DNA of 64,000 nt from Abditibacterium sp. (GTDB lineage: Bacteria; Armatimonadota; Abditibacteriia; Abditibacteriales; Abditibacteriaceae): contig CBDASK010000003.1 in NCBI GenBank assembly GCA_965199495.1, positions 1,536,001 to 1,600,000 on the forward strand. The letters are read 5' to 3'. Below are positions 48,378-58,768 of the stretch, in pieces. The notes under the pieces are model-generated. The model saw nothing but the letters and a program-made list of their open reading frames with translations. It ran no database searches and had not been told where the DNA came from. The position numbers and the translations under genes are program-made. Numbering within the stretch: position 1 is the stretch's first letter; each line of letters begins with the position of its first letter.

Positions 48378-50525
48378 TTATTGAGGTGGTCGCACGCGGA
48401 CATTGCCAGAACCGGGAACGGAGCGCCCGTTGAGGCCACCATTGCGATTCAGGTTGATGCCACCGCTGGAATCGCCGGTCGGCGCGTTCAGGAAACGGGA
48501 GCCGGTGGCGACACGGTTTTGCCCGGCGGCGCTGTCAATTCTCGCGGTCGGACTGATGCGAAATGCGGGATTTGCATCATTGGTGTTGCGCGACAAAACA
48601 CGAATATAAAGCGGCGTTACACCCGGCAAATAGGGGTTGCCGGCTGACGACGGAATGCGAATGTCGCTGGCGTTGCCCAAACCGAGGATAATGGACTGGT
48701 TGAACGGATTGCCACCGGCAACAAACGGCGGAGCCGGAATGTCAGGCGAAACAAAGGTTGCGTTGCGCGGGAAGGACTGCGAAGTCGAGACCTCAAAGCG
48801 GAATTGGTTGACGCCTGAACCGACATAGGGATTGGCGGGCAACGCATAACCGACACCAGCATTGAGGGCAAACGCGCTGATATCCGTGGTAACGCGAACC
48901 GAAAAATTGTCCGTATCGAAGGTTTGATTGGGCACGACCATCGGCAAGAACAACGGTGTATAACCACCAACGGCGGCAGAAACCGGGCTGCGAACCGGCA
49001 ACAACGTCACCGCAGTCCCGGTGGTATTGTTGGTCGTTGTCGTCGTGCGCTGGCGTTGCGCCGTGATGCGACCAACACGATAATAGTAGGTCTGGCCGAT
49101 AACCAGAGGACGCTGCGTAAACTCGATACCAATGGCGCCAGTGGTCGAGTTCGAGTTGAGCTGGTCGGCGCCCGTGATAACGGCGCTGCCAAAAGTAACG
49201 TCAACACCGTTGGGAGTCAAAGTGCCATTCGTGCTGGTCGTAGCGGTAATATCCACTCTACGTCGAGTGTCACCTAAAATTCCGGAATCGGTGAAACTGA
49301 CGACTTTGCTTGCGGAGTCAAAACGACCATCAACGACGGCCTGCAAGTTACTCGCATCGGGCGTGAAACCGGGCGCCGTGCCACGATAAACCAGATAGGC
49401 CACGACCGATTCGCGGTCGAGCGTTTGCGCGAAGCTAATGCCATCGAAACCGGCGGTAAAACTAAAACGCGGTTGCGGATAGATGCCCGTGGGATTGGCT
49501 TCGGCGATATTAAACGCGTTGGGCGCTTTATTGTTGGAGCCACCGCCAAAGCCAGCCAGCGCGACCAACGCCGCTAATCCGACCAGACCAAAAATGCCCG
49601 ACTGAGCTCTTTTGACGAGACCGCCTCTGTTGGTGCTGGGCGGCGGCGCGGTGACGGGCGTCACGCTGTTGCCATTGCGGCCAGTCACCGGATAGTTACC
49701 GGGCACGAAGATTTGGCGCACACGGTCTCCCGTGGCAACGCCTTCTTGGCCACCCGCTGAAACGCGGGCCGACGACTGCGTCGCGTTGACGGTGGAGATG
49801 GTGACTTCACCGATTTTGCGGCGCTCGGTCACGTTGCGCGCGCGGTCGTATTTATCGCGCAAAACGCTGAAGCGCTCACCAATCGAAACGCCCGCATCGG
49901 CGCCAATCGAAAGCACGACTTCGTCTTTGGCCACGTTCAAAACGGTGCCACTGGGAAGCGTCGTCTGGCGCATCGAGCGCACGGCGGCAAAGACCGCTTT
50001 GTTGATCGCTTCATCCACCAAAATTTCGTTGGCGACTTCGCCGAGCATCTGCTCGGTCGGCTGCGAAACGACGGTGCCGTTGATGTAATCGCCGGTCACA
50101 ACATCCAGTTGGCGGGTTTCGAGAGTGACGCGCGCCGAGCGCCCGTTCACGACTTGAACGTCGGTGATGCGCCCGGAAAACACGCTGGAAGCGTTGACGG
50201 CTTCGGCCAATTTAATCTGAGCGATGTCGTTATAGGGGGGCTGCAAACCGGCCTGCTGCGCGACGGTCTCTTCAATGGTCTGGCGCGGCACAACGGTATA
50301 GCTGCCCGAACGTTGGAGTTCGACGGCCAGACCATCGGCGGCTTTGCGACCCAGCAATGGATCGAGTCCTTTATCGGTCGCGAAATCGAGAACGATCACG
50401 CTTTGTGCGGGTGCGCCCTGCGCCTGAGCCACTGGCGCGCCCAGGGGCGTGGTGAGCGTCGCGAAAAACGCGAACATCATCGGCAAAAGCCAGGTCGCCA
50501 ACACGCTACGCGCGATAAAGCGCAT
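48378..50525 (-). CDS. Hypothetical envelope protein with CsgG/FlgT-like N-terminal region
   Basis: VIVLDF..ADGLAVEL..SG.Y.VV; V.LSIG..AGV..G.RF.V. Start uncertain. Confidence 0.6.
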   Translation of the reverse strand: MRFIARSVLATWLLPMMFAFFATLTTPLGAPVAQAQGAPAQSVIVLDFATDKGLDPLLGRKAADGLAVELQRSGSYTVVPRQTIEETVAQQAGLQPPYNDIAQIKLAEAVNASSVFSGRITDVQVVNGRSARVTLETRQLDVVTGDYINGTVVSQPTEQMLGEVANEILVDEAINKAVFAAVRSMRQTTLPSGTVLNVAKDEVVLSIGADAGVSIGERFSVLRDKYDRARNVTERRKIGEVTISTVNATQSSARVSAGGQEGVATGDRVRQIFVPGNYPVTGRNGNSVTPVTAPPPSTNRGGLVKRAQSGIFGLVGLAALVALAGFGGGSNNKAPNAFNIAEANPTGIYPQPRFSFTAGFDGISFAQTLDRESVVAYLVYRGTAPGFTPDASNLQAVVDGRFDSASKVVSFTDSGILGDTRRRVDITATTSTNGTLTPNGVDVTFGSAVITGADQLNSNSTTGAIGIEFTQRPLVIGQTYYYRVGRITAQRQRTTTTTNNTTGTAVTLLPVRSPVSAAVGGYTPLFLPMVVPNQTFDTDNFSVRVTTDISAFALNAGVGYALPANPYVGSGVNQFRFEVSTSQSFPRNATFVSPDIPAPPFVAGGNPFNQSIILGLGNASDIRIPSSAGNPYLPGVTPLYIRVLSRNTNDANPAFRISPTARIDSAAGQNRVATGSRFLNAPTGDSSGGINLNRNGGLNGRSVPGSGNVRVRPPQ

Positions 50526-51075
50526 GGCGGCGCTTTCGCGCTGCATCGAGAAGAACGCCTGAGCCGCGCTCGCAAGCGAGCGGTTTGGCGCGGCTTTACC
50601 AGCCACAGAAGGGGATAGTGCCATATCAGATTGGGTCATGTGAAAAGGGGCCAGAGGGCCAGCCGAAAAATCGGTCGAAGACATGATTTTTGCGGAAGAA
50701 AACTGGCTCTCCAGTCTACGATTTGAAAACAACTTCTGCTCGCCTCATTTATCTCGAAAAAACGCGTCTAAAAATGGAGCTAAAACCATGATTATTGCGC
50801 GCCCACGAATTTCAGAAGAGATAAAGTGACAGGCATTGTAAAGCGAACGGCGCGCGCTGTCAAGCGTTAGGCCTCATTTGCAAGCATCAAAACCCGCGAA
50901 ATTTCCGAAATTTCGCGCGGCATTCGATTGGACGCAAATTCCGCTAACTCTGCTTTCACTCGCACTCAACTCAACTCAACGACGAACTTGAGGTGTTGGA
51001 ATCTTACTTCAAATCATCTCAACGTGCCGCATTTGAACGGCCCCATCAGTCGTTCCATTCGTTGAATTTTTTTCG

Positions 51076-51927
51076 ATGCTCTCTTTTTTCTTCCACAAAA
51101 TGCACGGCGCGGGCAACGATTTCGTCCTTTTGGACGGCATCAGCGCGCCACTTTCGCCCCAGTTGGACATGACGCGCGTCGCGCAGTTGCTCTGCGCTCG
51201 CCACTTCGGCATCGGCGCGGATGGTCTGCTCACGCTCGAACCCTGCGATTCCAATGTGGCCGATGCGCGCATGAGAATGTGGAATCCCGACGGCACGCCC
51301 GATATGTGCGGTAACGGGTTGCGCTGCGTCGCCGAACTGGCGCATCGTCTGGGCCATATTCAAAAAAATAATTTCGCCATCGAAACCATCGCTGGTGTTC
51401 GCCAAATCCAGCGTTTGCCCGATGGCCGCATCCGTGCCGCGATGGGCGTGCCGCAATGGGCGCCCGCAATTGTGCCAATAAATACAGCCACGCCGTTACT
51501 CGACGGCACGCTCGAAGTCGCGGGCGAAACATTGGAAAACGTCACCGCGCTTTCGACCGGCTCGACGCACACCGTAATTTTTCGCGACGCCGAATTAGGC
51601 GAAGCCGCGTTCCAAACTCTCAGCCCGCAATTGGAAAATCATCCGCTATTTCCAGCGCGCACTTCAGTTATGTGGGCGGTGCCCGATGGCGCCAACAAAT
51701 TTAAAATTCGCATCTGGGAACGCGGCGCGGGCGAGACACTGGCGTGCGGGACGGGCGCCTGCGCCGTCGGCGTGGCTGCTATCGAGACAGGCCGCGCGAT
51801 TGGCTCCATCCTCGTCGAAAGTCGCGGTGGCGAACTGGAAGTCGAATGGAACCAACCCGATGGCGAAATTGCTTTGACGGGTCGCGCGACTTACGTTTAC
51901 GCGGGCGAAATTGCGTTGGAAATTTGA
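51076..51927 (+). CDS. dapF: Diaminopimelate epimerase
   Basis: KMHGAGNDF, MCGNGLRC, ERGAGETLACGTGACA. Confidence 0.96.
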   Translation: MLSFFFHKMHGAGNDFVLLDGISAPLSPQLDMTRVAQLLCARHFGIGADGLLTLEPCDSNVADARMRMWNPDGTPDMCGNGLRCVAELAHRLGHIQKNNFAIETIAGVRQIQRLPDGRIRAAMGVPQWAPAIVPINTATPLLDGTLEVAGETLENVTALSTGSTHTVIFRDAELGEAAFQTLSPQLENHPLFPARTSVMWAVPDGANKFKIRIWERGAGETLACGTGACAVGVAAIETGRAIGSILVESRGGELEVEWNQPDGEIALTGRATYVYAGEIALEI

Positions 51928-51928
51928 A

Positions 51929-52363
51929 CTATACCAGCCACTGGCGCGGCCCAATGCTAACCGGCAGCAATTGAGGCTCGCCCGCCAAAGCCTCCTCAAT
52001 GCGCCGAATGGTAAAATCGCTGATGGGACGCGGCAACGCTGTTGGCGGCCAATAAGCGCACTCCGTCACTTCGGCATCCGGGCAAAATTCCGCGTCCTCG
52101 TCCAACCGGTGGCAAAGCAAAACGAAGGACAATAAATCGAGTGCTGGCTCGTAATAAACGCCCGTTGTCCGCTCGGCTTCGACCCGCAAACCGGTTTCTT
52201 CGCGAACTTCGCGCAGCGCTGTTTCCACGATTGATTCGCCAATTTCAGCGCCACCGCCGGGTATTTCCCAGTTCAAATGACCGTAACTTTGCTTGACCAG
52301 CAAAACATGACCTGCATCGTTCAAAATAATCGCCGCCACGCCGAGTTTTTTTGTTTGCATCAT
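51929..52363 (-). CDS. NUDIX hydrolase
   Basis: Nudix box GGAEIGESIVETALREVREETG. Confidence 0.92.
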   Translation of the reverse strand: MMQTKKLGVAAIILNDAGHVLLVKQSYGHLNWEIPGGGAEIGESIVETALREVREETGLRVEAERTTGVYYEPALDLLSFVLLCHRLDEDAEFCPDAEVTECAYWPPTALPRPISDFTIRRIEEALAGEPQLLPVSIGPRQWLV

Positions 52364-52385
52364 TTCGCTTGTAAATCGCGCACGA

Positions 52386-54401
52386 TTAATCCTCTAAATT
52401 CAGCCATTTCACTTCGTCGCTCGAAAGCGAAATTTTCAACGCCACCATCGAATCGCGCGTTTCGCTCAGAGCGCGTGGGCCGATGAGCGCGTAAATCGGG
52501 AACGGTTGCGCCAAAACGTAGGCCGCCGCGATGACAATGGGAGAAACGTTTTTCGCGCGCGCCAGCTCACGCGCGCGCCTCAAACGCTCGAAATTGTCGT
52601 CGCTATACCAGCAACGCACCAGTTCTTCGTCGGCGGTAAATTCGCGGTCGGCGCGCGCGAAAAAGCCGCGCGCCTGGCTGCTCCACGCGAACAGGCTCAC
52701 GTTATTTTCTTCAAACCACGCGCGCGATTGCGCATCGGACGAAGAAACACAACCGCTCCAAACGGGTTCGATCAAGCGTGCCAGAGAAAAATTATTCGAC
52801 GCGACCTGCATGCCCTGCAAACCGTGGGCGCGCGCGTATTGGTTGGCCTCTTGGAGGCGTTCCAAACTCCAATTCGAGCCGCCGAAAACTCGAATGCGCC
52901 CGGCGTTTTTGTGTTCGTTCAAAACGTCCACGAACTCGCCGACAGGCACCTCCAAATTGTCGCGATGCAACATATAAATATCGGCGCACTCGATGCTCAG
53001 TTTTCCCAATGATTCTTCGAGTTGACGCGTCAAACCGGCGGGCGTGCAATGCGGCGTGTGCGCGCCTTTGACGATGAGCGTGACATCATCGCGCACGCCG
53101 CGTGTTTGGAGCCAGTGCCCGACAATCGGCTCGGTGCCGTAAATATGCGCCGTATCGAACGCGTTGCCGCCGCGCTCGAAATAATCGTCGAAGAGCGCCA
53201 AACCCTGCGTCAACCGGTTGGTCGCGCCCTCGACCATCGTGCCACACACGATGCGCGCGATCTGCTTCGGCTCGCCATTGGGTTTCGTCACGCCTTCGAT
53301 GGTCGAATAAACCATCGAATTTGGGTAAACCTGCAACGCTTCGCCGCTCACGGGCGCGGTCAGATTCTCGATTTTTTCGGCGGGATATTGCAGTCCGATT
53401 TGCGCGCGCCATTCGTCCAGCGCGCGCATATTACCCAGCGAATCTAAAGCGGTTTGCGCGGGAATTTCCAGCGTTTCGCCCGCGACCAGAGCCGCCAACG
53501 CGTCGGCTTCGTAGGCATAAAGATTCAGCGGCGATTCGACGGTGATTTCTTCTTTGTCGCGACCTTTTTCCAAAACAAAATTCGGTGTCGCGTTACAAAA
53601 GAATGGCGAGGGAATGCGCAAATTGGCTTTGCTGCCGATGATGCGCGCGCTGCTGCCCTCGTTAGCAGCCACGGCGCACGAACAAACCGCGATAATATCG
53701 CCGGGAAAGCGCAAAAGGGCCGTCGTCTGGTTGTCCGTGCCCGAATCGTTGAGTTTGCCCAGCGCCTTAATTTCGAGCGGATCGGCGAACGGTTGATTGC
53801 ACGCCGCGCCCGCGATTAAACGGCACAGCGACATTGCATAACAGCCGACATCCAAAATGCCGCCGCCGCCCAATTCGGGATTGATTAAGCGACTGGCGGG
53901 ATTGCCGTCAGACATAAAACCAAAGGTCGCCTCGATTTTGCGCACCTCGCCCAGCGCGCCGCTACGGATAATTTCGACTAATTTGGCGGATTGCGGATGG
54001 CAGCGATACATGAACGCTTCGAGCAATTGCACGCCGTTGCGCTCGCACGCCTCGACAACGCGCGCGGCGTCGGCCCAGTTGAGCGTCAGCGATTTTTCGA
54101 CCAACAAATGTTTGCCCGCATCGGCGGCCTTAAATGCCCACCGCGCGTGCATCGGGTGCGGCGTGGCGATATAAATCGCGTCCACTTCGGAATTGTCGAG
54201 CAACGCCTGATAATTGGCGTGGCGATGGGGAATCTCGAATTCGTCGCCGAATTTATCGGCGCTTTCCTGCGTGCGAGAAGCCACGGCGACCAAATGGCCG
54301 CGTTTGGCCTCGCGCAAACCGCGCGCAAAGGTGTGGGCGATATTGCCCGTCGAAAGAATGCCCCAACGGAGCGAGGTGGGATTTGAGTTGGAGTTGGACA
54401 C
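52386..54401 (-). CDS. Gfo/Idh/MocA oxidoreductase fused to aldo/keto reductase
   Basis: WGILSTGNIA, GKHLLVEK, GGGGILDVGCY; FDTAHIYG, MLHRDN. Confidence 0.9.
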   Translation of the reverse strand: MSNSNSNPTSLRWGILSTGNIAHTFARGLREAKRGHLVAVASRTQESADKFGDEFEIPHRHANYQALLDNSEVDAIYIATPHPMHARWAFKAADAGKHLLVEKSLTLNWADAARVVEACERNGVQLLEAFMYRCHPQSAKLVEIIRSGALGEVRKIEATFGFMSDGNPASRLINPELGGGGILDVGCYAMSLCRLIAGAACNQPFADPLEIKALGKLNDSGTDNQTTALLRFPGDIIAVCSCAVAANEGSSARIIGSKANLRIPSPFFCNATPNFVLEKGRDKEEITVESPLNLYAYEADALAALVAGETLEIPAQTALDSLGNMRALDEWRAQIGLQYPAEKIENLTAPVSGEALQVYPNSMVYSTIEGVTKPNGEPKQIARIVCGTMVEGATNRLTQGLALFDDYFERGGNAFDTAHIYGTEPIVGHWLQTRGVRDDVTLIVKGAHTPHCTPAGLTRQLEESLGKLSIECADIYMLHRDNLEVPVGEFVDVLNEHKNAGRIRVFGGSNWSLERLQEANQYARAHGLQGMQVASNNFSLARLIEPVWSGCVSSSDAQSRAWFEENNVSLFAWSSQARGFFARADREFTADEELVRCWYSDDNFERLRRARELARAKNVSPIVIAAAYVLAQPFPIYALIGPRALSETRDSMVALKISLSSDEVKWLNLED

Positions 54402-54436
54402 AACTCAAAAGGATATAGCGGATTTCGGATTGCGGA

Positions 54437-54608
54437 GATGGGCGCGCGTTGTCATTTCGAGCGAGGCACGAACCGAGAAATCTTGCGGCCCCGCGCCAGC
54501 GGAGATAACGCATGAACCCGAAAGTTCAAGTCACTCGGACTTGCGTTGCCACGCGGGCAAAAGATTTCTCGGTTCGTGCCTCACTCGAAATGACAACGCG
54601 CGCCCATC
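54437..54608. repeat. Second GTCAT..ATGAC-type long palindrome
   Basis: GATGGGCGCGCGTTGTCATTTCGAGCGAGGCACGAACCGAGAAATCTT and a near-perfect reverse complement. Confidence 0.9.
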
Positions 54609-54636
54609 CGAAATCTGAAATCTGATTATCTGAAAC

Positions 54637-55146
54637 TTAGCGTCGTTTGCCGCCCAGACGGTTTTCGTGGTGGCGCTTGACATCTTCGATTCGATCCGAA
54701 GAATCGGTCAAAAAATCGCGCAGTTTTTCGTCGAATTCGGCGCGTTGGCGGGGATTTTTGGAAACACGAAAAGTGGGTTGTAGCGGTAAATCACCGGCAT
54801 ACATCGGCTGGTCGGCGCCAAAGTTTTCGCTCTCCGAATTTTCCAAGTCTCCATTTTCCGTAAGCTCCGCGACTTCGGCGGCGGCCTCGGCGTGTAATCC
54901 GCTCTCCGATTCGTTATTAAGCGCTTTTTTCATGGAAAACTCCCAACGCCCATCTTCCTTTTGCCGTAACACTTGAACGACAACCGGTGCGCCCTCAATG
55001 CAATATTGTCTCACATCTTTCACGTAATTGTTAGCTATTTCCGAGATGTGAACTAAACCTGTGGTGCCATCATCTAATTGAATGATCGCCCCATAAGCCA
55101 TGACGCGACGCACAATTCCACGAGAGATTTGATCTATTTCAGCCAT
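54637..55146 (-). CDS. S1 RNA-binding domain protein (YabR-like)
   Basis: YGA....TGLVHISEIA..YVKD; FDEKLRDFL.DS..R. Confidence 0.9.
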   Translation of the reverse strand: MAEIDQISRGIVRRVMAYGAIIQLDDGTTGLVHISEIANNYVKDVRQYCIEGAPVVVQVLRQKEDGRWEFSMKKALNNESESGLHAEAAAEVAELTENGDLENSESENFGADQPMYAGDLPLQPTFRVSKNPRQRAEFDEKLRDFLTDSSDRIEDVKRHHENRLGGKRR

Positions 55147-55443
55147 AATTTACTGCTCCTCCTCGATTTGATTCTTCGAGAAATTTTGAAGTAACCTATT
55201 CTACCCATTTCGGCTTTTTTTCAAACAGGTTTCACTCAAAACAGCCGTAATTTATGGAAGGTAACGCGCTTTATGGCGGTGTTTAAAGCTTAAATTTACG
55301 CTCTGCATATCAACGAACCCTCTAATTTCGAGCGTGATTATCGTTAATGTTAAATTATGTCAATAATAAGAAAACGACGCTGTTCCAAGAAAGAACAGCG
55401 CCGTTTTCCAACAAATATTAGGATTATGATCTCGCGCCACGAC

Positions 55444-56733
55444 TTACGCCGTGGCTGCTTGCAGCGCCTGCTCCAAATCTTCCCGCAAATCGTCAATGTC
55501 TTCCAAGCCAATCGAAAGTCTCACCAATTCCGGTTTGATGCCGCCTTCCAACTGCTGAACCGGATTGAGCTGCGAATGCGTCGTCGTCGCCGGGTGAATC
55601 GCCAGACTTTTGGCGTCGCCGACGTTGGCCAAATGCGAGAACAATTTGCAATTCTCGATGAATTTGCTGCCCGCCTCTTTGCCGCCCTTGATGCCAAAAA
55701 CGACCATCGCGCCGCCTTTTCCCTTCAGATATTTCTTCTGAAGTTCATATTGTGAATCGCCTTCCAAACCGGGATAGCGCACCCATTCGACGGCGGGATG
55801 ATCCTGCAAAAACTTGGCGACGGCGAGCGAATTTTCGCAGTGTCGCTCCATGCGAAGCGGCAACGTCTCGATGCCCTGAATGAAAAACCACGAGTTATCC
55901 GGCGAAATGCACGCGCCCAGATTGCGGAGCGGCACGGTTCTCATGCGTAAAATGTAGGCGAGCGGCGCCAACATTTCAGGCAAATCGTGGCCCCAACGCA
56001 AACCGTGATACGACTCGTCGGGATTGTCGAACAACGGATGCTGCCCGGCTTTCCAATCGAATTTGCCGCCGTCAATCACGATGCCGCCGATGCCAACGCC
56101 GTGACCGCCGAGCCATTTCGTCAGCGAATGCACCACGATGTCGGCGCCATGTTCGAGCGGATTGGTGAGATAAGGCGTCGAAAAAGTCGCGTCCACGATC
56201 AAGGGCACGCCGTGTTCGTGCGCGGCTGTGGAAATCGCGTCCAAATCGGAGACTTCGAGGGCGGGATTGGAAACGGTTTCGCAGAAGAACGCGCGCGTTT
56301 TTTCGTCGGCGGCGCGGGCAAAGTTTTCCGGATCAGTCGAATCCACAAAGCGCACTTCGATGCCCATTTGCGGAAGCAACACGTCGAATTGGGTGAACGA
56401 ACCGCCATAAAGATTGCGCGCCGAAACGATGTTATCGCCCGCTTGCGCCAGATTGATAATCGAATAAAAGACCGCGCTCGAACCAGAAGCCACGCCCAGT
56501 CCGGCCATTTCGTGGGCGCCTTCGAGCATCGAGACGCGTTTTTCCAAAACGTCGGTCGTCGGGTTCATCAGGCGCGTGTAGATGTTACCCAGTTCTTTGA
56601 GGGCAAACAGATTGGCGGCGTGTTCGGCGCTTTTGAAAAGATAAGCCGAAGTGCGATAGACCGGCACGGCGCGCGAAAGCGTATCGCTATCGGGCTTTTG
56701 GCCGCCGTGCAGACAAATTGTATCGAATTTCAT
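55444..56733 (-). CDS. metY: O-acetylhomoserine aminocarboxypropyltransferase
   Basis: IYTRLMNPT, HSLTKW.GGHG, HLANVGDAKSL.IHPA.TTH. Confidence 0.93.
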   Translation of the reverse strand: MKFDTICLHGGQKPDSDTLSRAVPVYRTSAYLFKSAEHAANLFALKELGNIYTRLMNPTTDVLEKRVSMLEGAHEMAGLGVASGSSAVFYSIINLAQAGDNIVSARNLYGGSFTQFDVLLPQMGIEVRFVDSTDPENFARAADEKTRAFFCETVSNPALEVSDLDAISTAAHEHGVPLIVDATFSTPYLTNPLEHGADIVVHSLTKWLGGHGVGIGGIVIDGGKFDWKAGQHPLFDNPDESYHGLRWGHDLPEMLAPLAYILRMRTVPLRNLGACISPDNSWFFIQGIETLPLRMERHCENSLAVAKFLQDHPAVEWVRYPGLEGDSQYELQKKYLKGKGGAMVVFGIKGGKEAGSKFIENCKLFSHLANVGDAKSLAIHPATTTHSQLNPVQQLEGGIKPELVRLSIGLEDIDDLREDLEQALQAATA

Positions 56734-56779
56734 GGGAGCGGCTTAGTCTAATTGAGCGCAAAAACTGTGGCTGCAAATC

Positions 56780-56831
56780 GTAGGGGCTTGCCGCGCAAGC
56801 CCCAGACGTGAATACGGCTTACGCGGCAAGC
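56780..56831. repeat. GTAG-type REP-like hairpin with a degenerate inverted partner
   Basis: GTAGGGGCTTGCCGCGCAAGCCCC followed by GGCTTACGCGGCAAGC. Confidence 0.55.
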
Positions 56832-57242
56832 TTTATTTAATTCTAAAAATTTTGTGGAATAACCAAACAATGTTCTCACTCATGACACATTGCGACATCA
56901 AAAGCGGTCTAATATCTCCTTGACCCCCGGCGGAACGTTTGGCTTTTGTCTTCGTTTATTCAAAGGAGACGAGAGTTGCCTTGCAACAGCATTTTGTGTT
57001 ATAAGGTAGAGTTGCGTTTCCCCGCACCAAGTTAAAACTTCGGTTTGATTGAACGTATAAAATCGTTTTGCAGACCGATTGAACATCTTTAAAACTGCCG
57101 CATTTAAAAGCATCTTTCCGATAAGAGCCAAGAATTGTCATCCAAAACACGCCTTTTTCAACAGAACCTGAACCCGCGAGGGCTAAGGTTTTTTGTGTGT
57201 CTGGGGCGCACGCGGATGAAGAGGAGCAAATAAACACACTGA

Positions 57243-58130
57243 ATGAGCAAGCAATATCCACAAGGCAATAACTCGCGCGGCGTCGAAGCCACGTCGTCGG
57301 CCCTCCCCGATGCCGTCGCGGCCTGGGTCAAGATGGCGCAGAAAACGCCGTTGCTCACCGCCGCCGAAGAAAAAGAACTGGGTCGCCGCATCGCGCGCGG
57401 CGACGAAGCCGCCTATAAACGCATGGTCGAGGCCAACCTGCGCCTCGTCATCACGATGGCTTTGAAGCAGTTGCATCAGGGCCACAATCATTCGCTGACG
57501 TTGGCCGACCTGATTCAAGAAGGCAACTTCGGCTTGATGCGCGCCGCGCGCAAATTCGATCCAGCATTGGGCTACCGTTTCTCAACCTACGCCTCGTTCT
57601 GGATTCGCCAAGCCATGAGCCGCGCCATCGCCGATCAAGCCAAGATGGTGAGAGTCCCGGCGCATATCGCCGAACTCACTAAAACCGCCTATCGCACGAT
57701 TGCGACGCTGGTTCAATCGTTGGGTCGCCAGCCGACAGTTGAAGAGTTGGCGCACAAGTTGGACGTGACCAAAGAGACCGCCGAATTGGTGTTGAAGAAC
57801 ATGGCCGAAACGTTTTCGCTCGACGATGAAATCGGCGATAGCGGCGACGGCGAAGATTTCGTGGATATGCTGCGCGACGTGGATGCCATCGTGCCCGAAG
57901 AGGCCGCCGAAACCGCGATTCTGCGCGAGGAAGTGCGCTCGGCGCTGGACGAATTGACCGAACGCGAACGCGAAGTCGTCAATATGCGCTACGGCCTGAG
58001 CGGTGGCCGCGCCCACACGCTGCAAGAGTTGGGCGCGCACTTCAAAGTCTCGCGCGAACGCGTGCGCCAAATTGAAGGTCAGGCTTTGCGCAAACTGCGC
58101 AAAGGCGGACTGAACGACGCAGTGAATTAG
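57243..58130 (+). CDS. Sigma-70 family factor (regions 1.2-4, no region 1.1)
   Basis: PLLTAAEE, ANLRLV, DLIQEGN.GL, RFSTYA.FWIRQ, SRERVRQIE. Confidence 0.93.
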   Translation: MSKQYPQGNNSRGVEATSSALPDAVAAWVKMAQKTPLLTAAEEKELGRRIARGDEAAYKRMVEANLRLVITMALKQLHQGHNHSLTLADLIQEGNFGLMRAARKFDPALGYRFSTYASFWIRQAMSRAIADQAKMVRVPAHIAELTKTAYRTIATLVQSLGRQPTVEELAHKLDVTKETAELVLKNMAETFSLDDEIGDSGDGEDFVDMLRDVDAIVPEEAAETAILREEVRSALDELTEREREVVNMRYGLSGGRAHTLQELGAHFKVSRERVRQIEGQALRKLRKGGLNDAVN

Positions 58131-58138
58131 GACGACAA

Positions 58139-58180
58139 AATAGAAAGAGCCTGCGATGAATTTCGTAGGCTCTTTCTATT
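58139..58180. terminator. Intrinsic terminator
   Basis: AATAGAAAGAGCCTGCGA..TCGTAGGCTCTTTCTATT. Confidence 0.75.
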
Positions 58181-58195
58181 TTGATCGGGGGAACA

Positions 58196-58726
58196 ATGAA
58201 AACGCTTTATTACCCGCTTTGGTATCGTCTTGATAGCGTGAATCGTTACCTGATTTGGATCACTCAAATGGAAGCAGACGAAGATTTGGATGGCGTTTGG
58301 CTCGATTTAAACGGCAAAATCCCCGTTTTTCGTTCGCTCGATGCGCTGTGCGCTTACGCTCAAGACAGGAAAATAATGCTTCAAGACGACGAACCTATTT
58401 TGCATAATTTGGACGTGATAAAGCGCTGGCTAAAAGTCAAGCGTTCCAAAGCGCAGGGGCCGACTTCGATTGATTGCGACGCGTTTTTGGCCGCGTGGAA
58501 TTTCTTCGCCGATGTCTCGCGCTCCCTTGGCGGTGGCTTCGATGCTGACCGCGAGCGCACAAAGAAGATTTATCTCAAGATTTTTTATGGCAACAATTTG
58601 CCCGCAATTACGCCCGCAGGGGAATATTATGTTCCGCGCTGGTCGAATCGCGAAAAGCGGATAATCCGCGAAATCATGACTTACGGTTTGAAAATGCTGC
58701 GTGCCAATGTCGCATACGTGCCATAG
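58196..58726 (+). CDS. Hypothetical protein
   Basis: ORF with GGGGGA upstream of the ATG. Confidence 0.65.
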   Translation: MKTLYYPLWYRLDSVNRYLIWITQMEADEDLDGVWLDLNGKIPVFRSLDALCAYAQDRKIMLQDDEPILHNLDVIKRWLKVKRSKAQGPTSIDCDAFLAAWNFFADVSRSLGGGFDADRERTKKIYLKIFYGNNLPAITPAGEYYVPRWSNREKRIIREIMTYGLKMLRANVAYVP

Positions 58727-58768
58727 CGTTTGCGGCGGCGCAATCGAATTAGTAAAATTGCTCCAATT

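Noticed and set aside
50964..50980. Short ACTCA tandem repeat
   Set aside because: Only about three units, with no functional evidence.
941..56751. Long antisense ORFs (e.g. 941-1948, 3934-5058, 12758-13753, 45178-46368, 55987-56751)
   Set aside because: Shadow frames of well-supported genes in GC-rich DNA.
56734..57242. SAM riboswitch or Met/Cys leader peptide upstream of metY
   Set aside because: No SAM-I/II consensus recognised. A short minus-strand ORF (MSQCVMS..) exists but lacks a supporting attenuator.
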